Shown here piece after piece: positions 60,885 to 64,000 of a stretch of DNA of 64,000 nucleotides. Origin of the DNA: Candidatus Latescibacterota bacterium. Lineage in GTDB: Bacteria; Latescibacterota; UBA2968; UBA8231. Numbering within the stretch: the first letter of the stretch is position 1; every line of letters begins with the position of its first letter. The notes beneath the pieces were generated by a model. It did no database searches. It saw only the letters and a program-made list of their open reading frames with translations, and was not told where the DNA came from. The stretch is taken from the NCBI GenBank assembly GCA_965261395.1, contig OZ253462.1, positions 5,248,001-5,312,000 on the forward strand. Reading direction: 5' to 3'. Position numbers and translations under genes: made by a program.

Positions 60885-62526
60885 AAGTGCCCCGGCGCGC
60901 CTTGCCGCTTTCTTCTATCATAACCTCGTACAGATAAAGCCCCGGCACGACAACGCGACCGCTGCCATCGCGGCCGTCCCACTCGAACTGATAGGTGCGG
61001 GCGCTTCCTGTCTGCGCTAATTGGCGAACCGGCCGACCGGTCAAATCGTAAATTTTTAGCACGACTTCCCGGCCCGCTTCGATATTGCCGACGACCAAGG
61101 CAAAGCGCGCATACTCGTCGGCAAACGGCGAGAACGGGCGCGGCTGCACCTGCACTGCTCCCAAAAGCTGCAACGGCGTCCCCGCAGCCAGTACCGTCCA
61201 ACTGGTGCCCGGCATTTCCCGCCCCTGCTGCCAGTTCACGTAGCCGTCTCTGTCGCCTTGGGCCTTGTTGCCGGCCGAGAAACGCATCGCGGTCTTGTCG
61301 CGCACAAAGAGCGCCGGCCCCTCTATTTCGACGGTCGCCATTGCGCTGATTTGCTCGCTAGGTGCAAGCTCTATCAGCATCCCCTCCCGATCCGGCGTCG
61401 GGCCCCAGGTGTAGTCGTCTGTGGGCACGAGTTCTCGACCATCGACGCGCACGGCTGCTACGCGGAGCAAGGGTCCTTGTACGCGCAAGAGATCCACCCC
61501 GTAATCATCGACGCCAGCCGCGATTTCTACTCGGTAGATCAGCGTCGCTTCCTCGCCCTTGCGCAGCGCATCGGATGCGACCACCTCCCCCATGAGCTGT
61601 TGGGCGACCAAGACGGGATCATAGTCAATGGCCATGCGCTTGAGCGCCGGGCTGACAAAGGGGGCTGAGTTCGTCAGGCGAGCCCGATATGCCAACCGCG
61701 CAACCGGTTCGTCCCCGCTATAGAAAAATTTCCCGTCCGTGTGCGCCGCAACCCTTCCCCAAGGCTCCTCTGCTCCCTCTGCAGCGGCTCCGCGCACCTG
61801 CAGCTCAATGCCCGTGCGCTCCGGGCGATCTAGTTGCCAGCGGATCTGCCCTACGTTGACCGGAGTAGGCAGAGCGAAACTGTCCTCTATGAAGCCTTCG
61901 CTAACATAGCCCACGCCAAACACCTCGATTTCCCCGATAGCGACCCAATTGCTGCGGTCTTGGCGGATCAGTGTCAGCCGCACGAAGCGACCCTCGCGCG
62001 GAATCGCCGCGCCGCGCTCGTCGGTTGCGGCCCAAGTAGAATCTGCGCTCGTATCTACATTGAGGACGAAATTGTCCGGCTGCTCCGCCAAGAGGTGCCA
62101 GACTTGCGGCGCCGCTTGGGTGGCTGTTTCGAGCCTGTACCCACGCACGAAGTACTCGGGCTGGTTCAGCGCCGTCTCGCCGGCTAGCACTCGCACCCGC
62201 TTGATCGCCCGGTCCAAGCCGAGATCGACGGTAAACTGCTTGTCGAACACGTGATTGGTACCCGAAATCCACTCGCTCCGCACGAGGTCAATCGCGCCGT
62301 CGGTTAGGGGCACAGGCTTGTCAAAATCGTCTATCACCGATCGTCCTAAGGCCACGTTTACATCCTCGTCCAAATGCGCCAGAATGACGAGGCTATCTGG
62401 ATGCACCTGTACGCCTTGGGTCGTTCCCAAGGCAAATGTATCGACCGCATCCACTATCCAAGTGTTTAACTCAGCACGGCACGGACTGAATTCAAGCAAT
62501 AGCAAGAGTGCGCCCAGCTTCAGCAC
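60868..62526 (-). CDS. Secreted protein with a discoidin-like domain and a C-terminal FlgD-Ig (CTD-like) domain
   Basis: FTVDLG...GRFVRL...IGEIEVFG; PRPFSP...IYDLTGRPVR...WDGRD.SG..V.PGLYLY. Confidence 0.7.
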   Translation of the reverse strand: MLKLGALLLLLEFSPCRAELNTWIVDAVDTFALGTTQGVQVHPDSLVILAHLDEDVNVALGRSVIDDFDKPVPLTDGAIDLVRSEWISGTNHVFDKQFTVDLGLDRAIKRVRVLAGETALNQPEYFVRGYRLETATQAAPQVWHLLAEQPDNFVLNVDTSADSTWAATDERGAAIPREGRFVRLTLIRQDRSNWVAIGEIEVFGVGYVSEGFIEDSFALPTPVNVGQIRWQLDRPERTGIELQVRGAAAEGAEEPWGRVAAHTDGKFFYSGDEPVARLAYRARLTNSAPFVSPALKRMAIDYDPVLVAQQLMGEVVASDALRKGEEATLIYRVEIAAGVDDYGVDLLRVQGPLLRVAAVRVDGRELVPTDDYTWGPTPDREGMLIELAPSEQISAMATVEIEGPALFVRDKTAMRFSAGNKAQGDRDGYVNWQQGREMPGTSWTVLAAGTPLQLLGAVQVQPRPFSPFADEYARFALVVGNIEAGREVVLKIYDLTGRPVRQLAQTGSARTYQFEWDGRDGSGRVVVPGLYLYEVMIEESGKARRGTFVVAY

Positions 62527-62527
62527 T

Positions 62528-63184
62528 TCAGAATAGCAGTTTCCGCGTCAGGCTGGTCACCACGGCAATCGCGAGGGCCTCCTCCAACTCCCGCGAGTTG
62601 AAGGTCATTACAATGCCGGCATCAATCGGACTTTTCTTTTTCACTTTGCCGGTTTTAAGATCCCTGACTGAAATCTCGACCTGCACTCTCTGCGTTTGCG
62701 GAGAGAATACTTTGCGCACCCGCTGACTGGTAATCACAGCCGTGCCGCTAATTTCCAAGTCGGCCTCGTCCGAGTCCGCGGCAACTAACGCGAAGGGATT
62801 ACTCACTTGTCGCACGCTGTCTCCGTCTAGCACCTCGACCCGATCCGTCTGGGTGAAGATCCGCACCTTGTCCTTGCGCAGTTCGCGCAACAAAGCCCCC
62901 GACAAATCCTCGATGCGCGAAGGCCGAGTAATCTGCACCAGTTTATTTCCCTGGCTGGCGAGGGCATTAGTAACGTACTGGGTGCCCTGGCTACTGGCCG
63001 AATTGGCGGCCCTCGGATCAACCACGTTGGCCTTGCTCTCGACCGGGAATTCCTTGACGTATATTTTGATCGGCATCGACGGCGGATTGGGCAAACTGGT
63101 GTCCCTGAGTGCCTCGTATTTCAAGGCACAGCCCGTCGAGCCGACAAGCAGCGTCACCCCGAGGTATTTGACCATCTTTTTCAT
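62528..63184 (-). CDS. Hypothetical lipoprotein
   Basis: Lipobox STGC; tightly packed in the operon. Confidence 0.65.
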   Translation of the reverse strand: MKKMVKYLGVTLLVGSTGCALKYEALRDTSLPNPPSMPIKIYVKEFPVESKANVVDPRAANSASSQGTQYVTNALASQGNKLVQITRPSRIEDLSGALLRELRKDKVRIFTQTDRVEVLDGDSVRQVSNPFALVAADSDEADLEISGTAVITSQRVRKVFSPQTQRVQVEISVRDLKTGKVKKKSPIDAGIVMTFNSRELEEALAIAVVTSLTRKLLF

Positions 63185-63964
63185 CTACTTATTCTCCACC
63201 CAACGCACTCCGTGATCGACATTGAAGTTGAATCTCAGATCGGTAAATTCCACTGGATTGCCGTATCCTACTTGAAATTGATCAAAGGCCAGAATGAAGT
63301 CGTTTACTTCGAGAGTGAGTGACTTCGTCTCTGCGGGCAGCGGTGGAAAGGTCAACTTGCCGCTGTATCTGGAGCCTTTGCGCACGGGCTTTTCCCGGTA
63401 GTACTCGCTCCTGGTCCAGATCGGATTGCGGTCCAAGCTGGCGTGATAGCGCACATTGCCTTCTTGTCCCCCCCACTTCAAATAGGAATAGTCGAAGAAC
63501 TCGTCCTTGTCGTACCAACCTCCTGCCCCTTGGCGACAGAGCAGTCGGCTGCCGTCGTCCAAGCGCAGAATGGTCTGCGTGGGATCTAGTTCCACCCGCT
63601 CTCGAGTGCGATTGATAACCGTCACTTCAAAAACGGTCCACAGGGGCGGCGTATAGTCCAAGCCGGAAATTTCGACTCCCGTGAGCGTATAGGGCGTGAA
63701 GCGAGGGTCGTATTCGGCGTCGAGCATGGCATCGTCGTAGAACTTGACCTTGACTTGCACCCCTTTCTCGCTCCACACGACCGAGCTGTCGATCGGGTCG
63801 ATGTAATAGGTCTCCCCATCGGGCAGGATCGGCTCCAACTTGATAAAGTACTCCCGCTGCGAATGCGATTCGAGAGATTTGATGGTAGCGCATCCTCCAG
63901 TAGCCAACGCCAAGCACAGAAGGACGTGAATGTATTTTGCGATTGGTCTCATCTGCATTCGCAC
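63185..63964 (-). CDS. Hypothetical lipoprotein, paralog of 51371-52138
   Basis: Lipobox TGGC; shared motifs as listed for 51371-52138. Confidence 0.7.
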   Translation of the reverse strand: MRMQMRPIAKYIHVLLCLALATGGCATIKSLESHSQREYFIKLEPILPDGETYYIDPIDSSVVWSEKGVQVKVKFYDDAMLDAEYDPRFTPYTLTGVEISGLDYTPPLWTVFEVTVINRTRERVELDPTQTILRLDDGSRLLCRQGAGGWYDKDEFFDYSYLKWGGQEGNVRYHASLDRNPIWTRSEYYREKPVRKGSRYSGKLTFPPLPAETKSLTLEVNDFILAFDQFQVGYGNPVEFTDLRFNFNVDHGVRWVENK

Positions 63965-63965
63965 C

Positions 63966-64000
63966 TTAGAAGGGTGATATCAGCTCCACGAAGAGAATGC
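63966..64000 (-). CDS. 3' end of an upstream gene ending ILFVELISPF (possible outer-membrane protein)
   Basis: Terminal Phe and alternating pattern similar to the end of 57048-59972; only 11 codons are visible. Confidence 0.4.
   Translation of the reverse strand, partial: ILFVELISPF

Overview
GC-rich bacterial DNA. Proteins with PNPFN/FlgD-Ig C-terminal domains, a PorV-like barrel and NHL, receptor-L and FN3 proteins suggest an FCB-group lineage such as Latescibacterota or Gemmatimonadota, possibly host-associated (inference). From left to right: the 3' end of a GH32 gene; a cobalamin-riboswitch-controlled B12 uptake/salvage operon (0.75-8.6 kb, minus); an AT-richer ~15.5-kb island (9.26-24.65 kb, all minus); sugar and acetate metabolism genes; a scar-rich region (HicB/HigB remnant, AlbA_2-HATPase protein, radC remnants, truncated FN3 and Rpn genes); a giant M28-like/FtsX membrane protein with DUF6785-like and OPT-like membrane proteins; a nuclease-fold/PIN pair; eukaryote-like repeat lipoproteins; and an envelope cluster (PPIase, ExbB/ExbD/ExbD, long TPR protein, outer-membrane proteins, PorV-like barrel) running off the right edge. 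The island is the best candidate for an undescribed system. It encodes a beta-propeller, a vWA membrane protein, a membrane-tethered trypsin protease, a tubulin/FtsZ-like GTPase (split by an IS903-group IS5 element with a perfect 9-bp target duplication), a divergent Hsp70, a GrpE-like protein and a ZorA/ZorB-like ion-driven motor pair, with no ZorC/D/E. No rRNA, tRNA or CRISPR array was seen. All family calls come from motif recognition by eye, not database searches.
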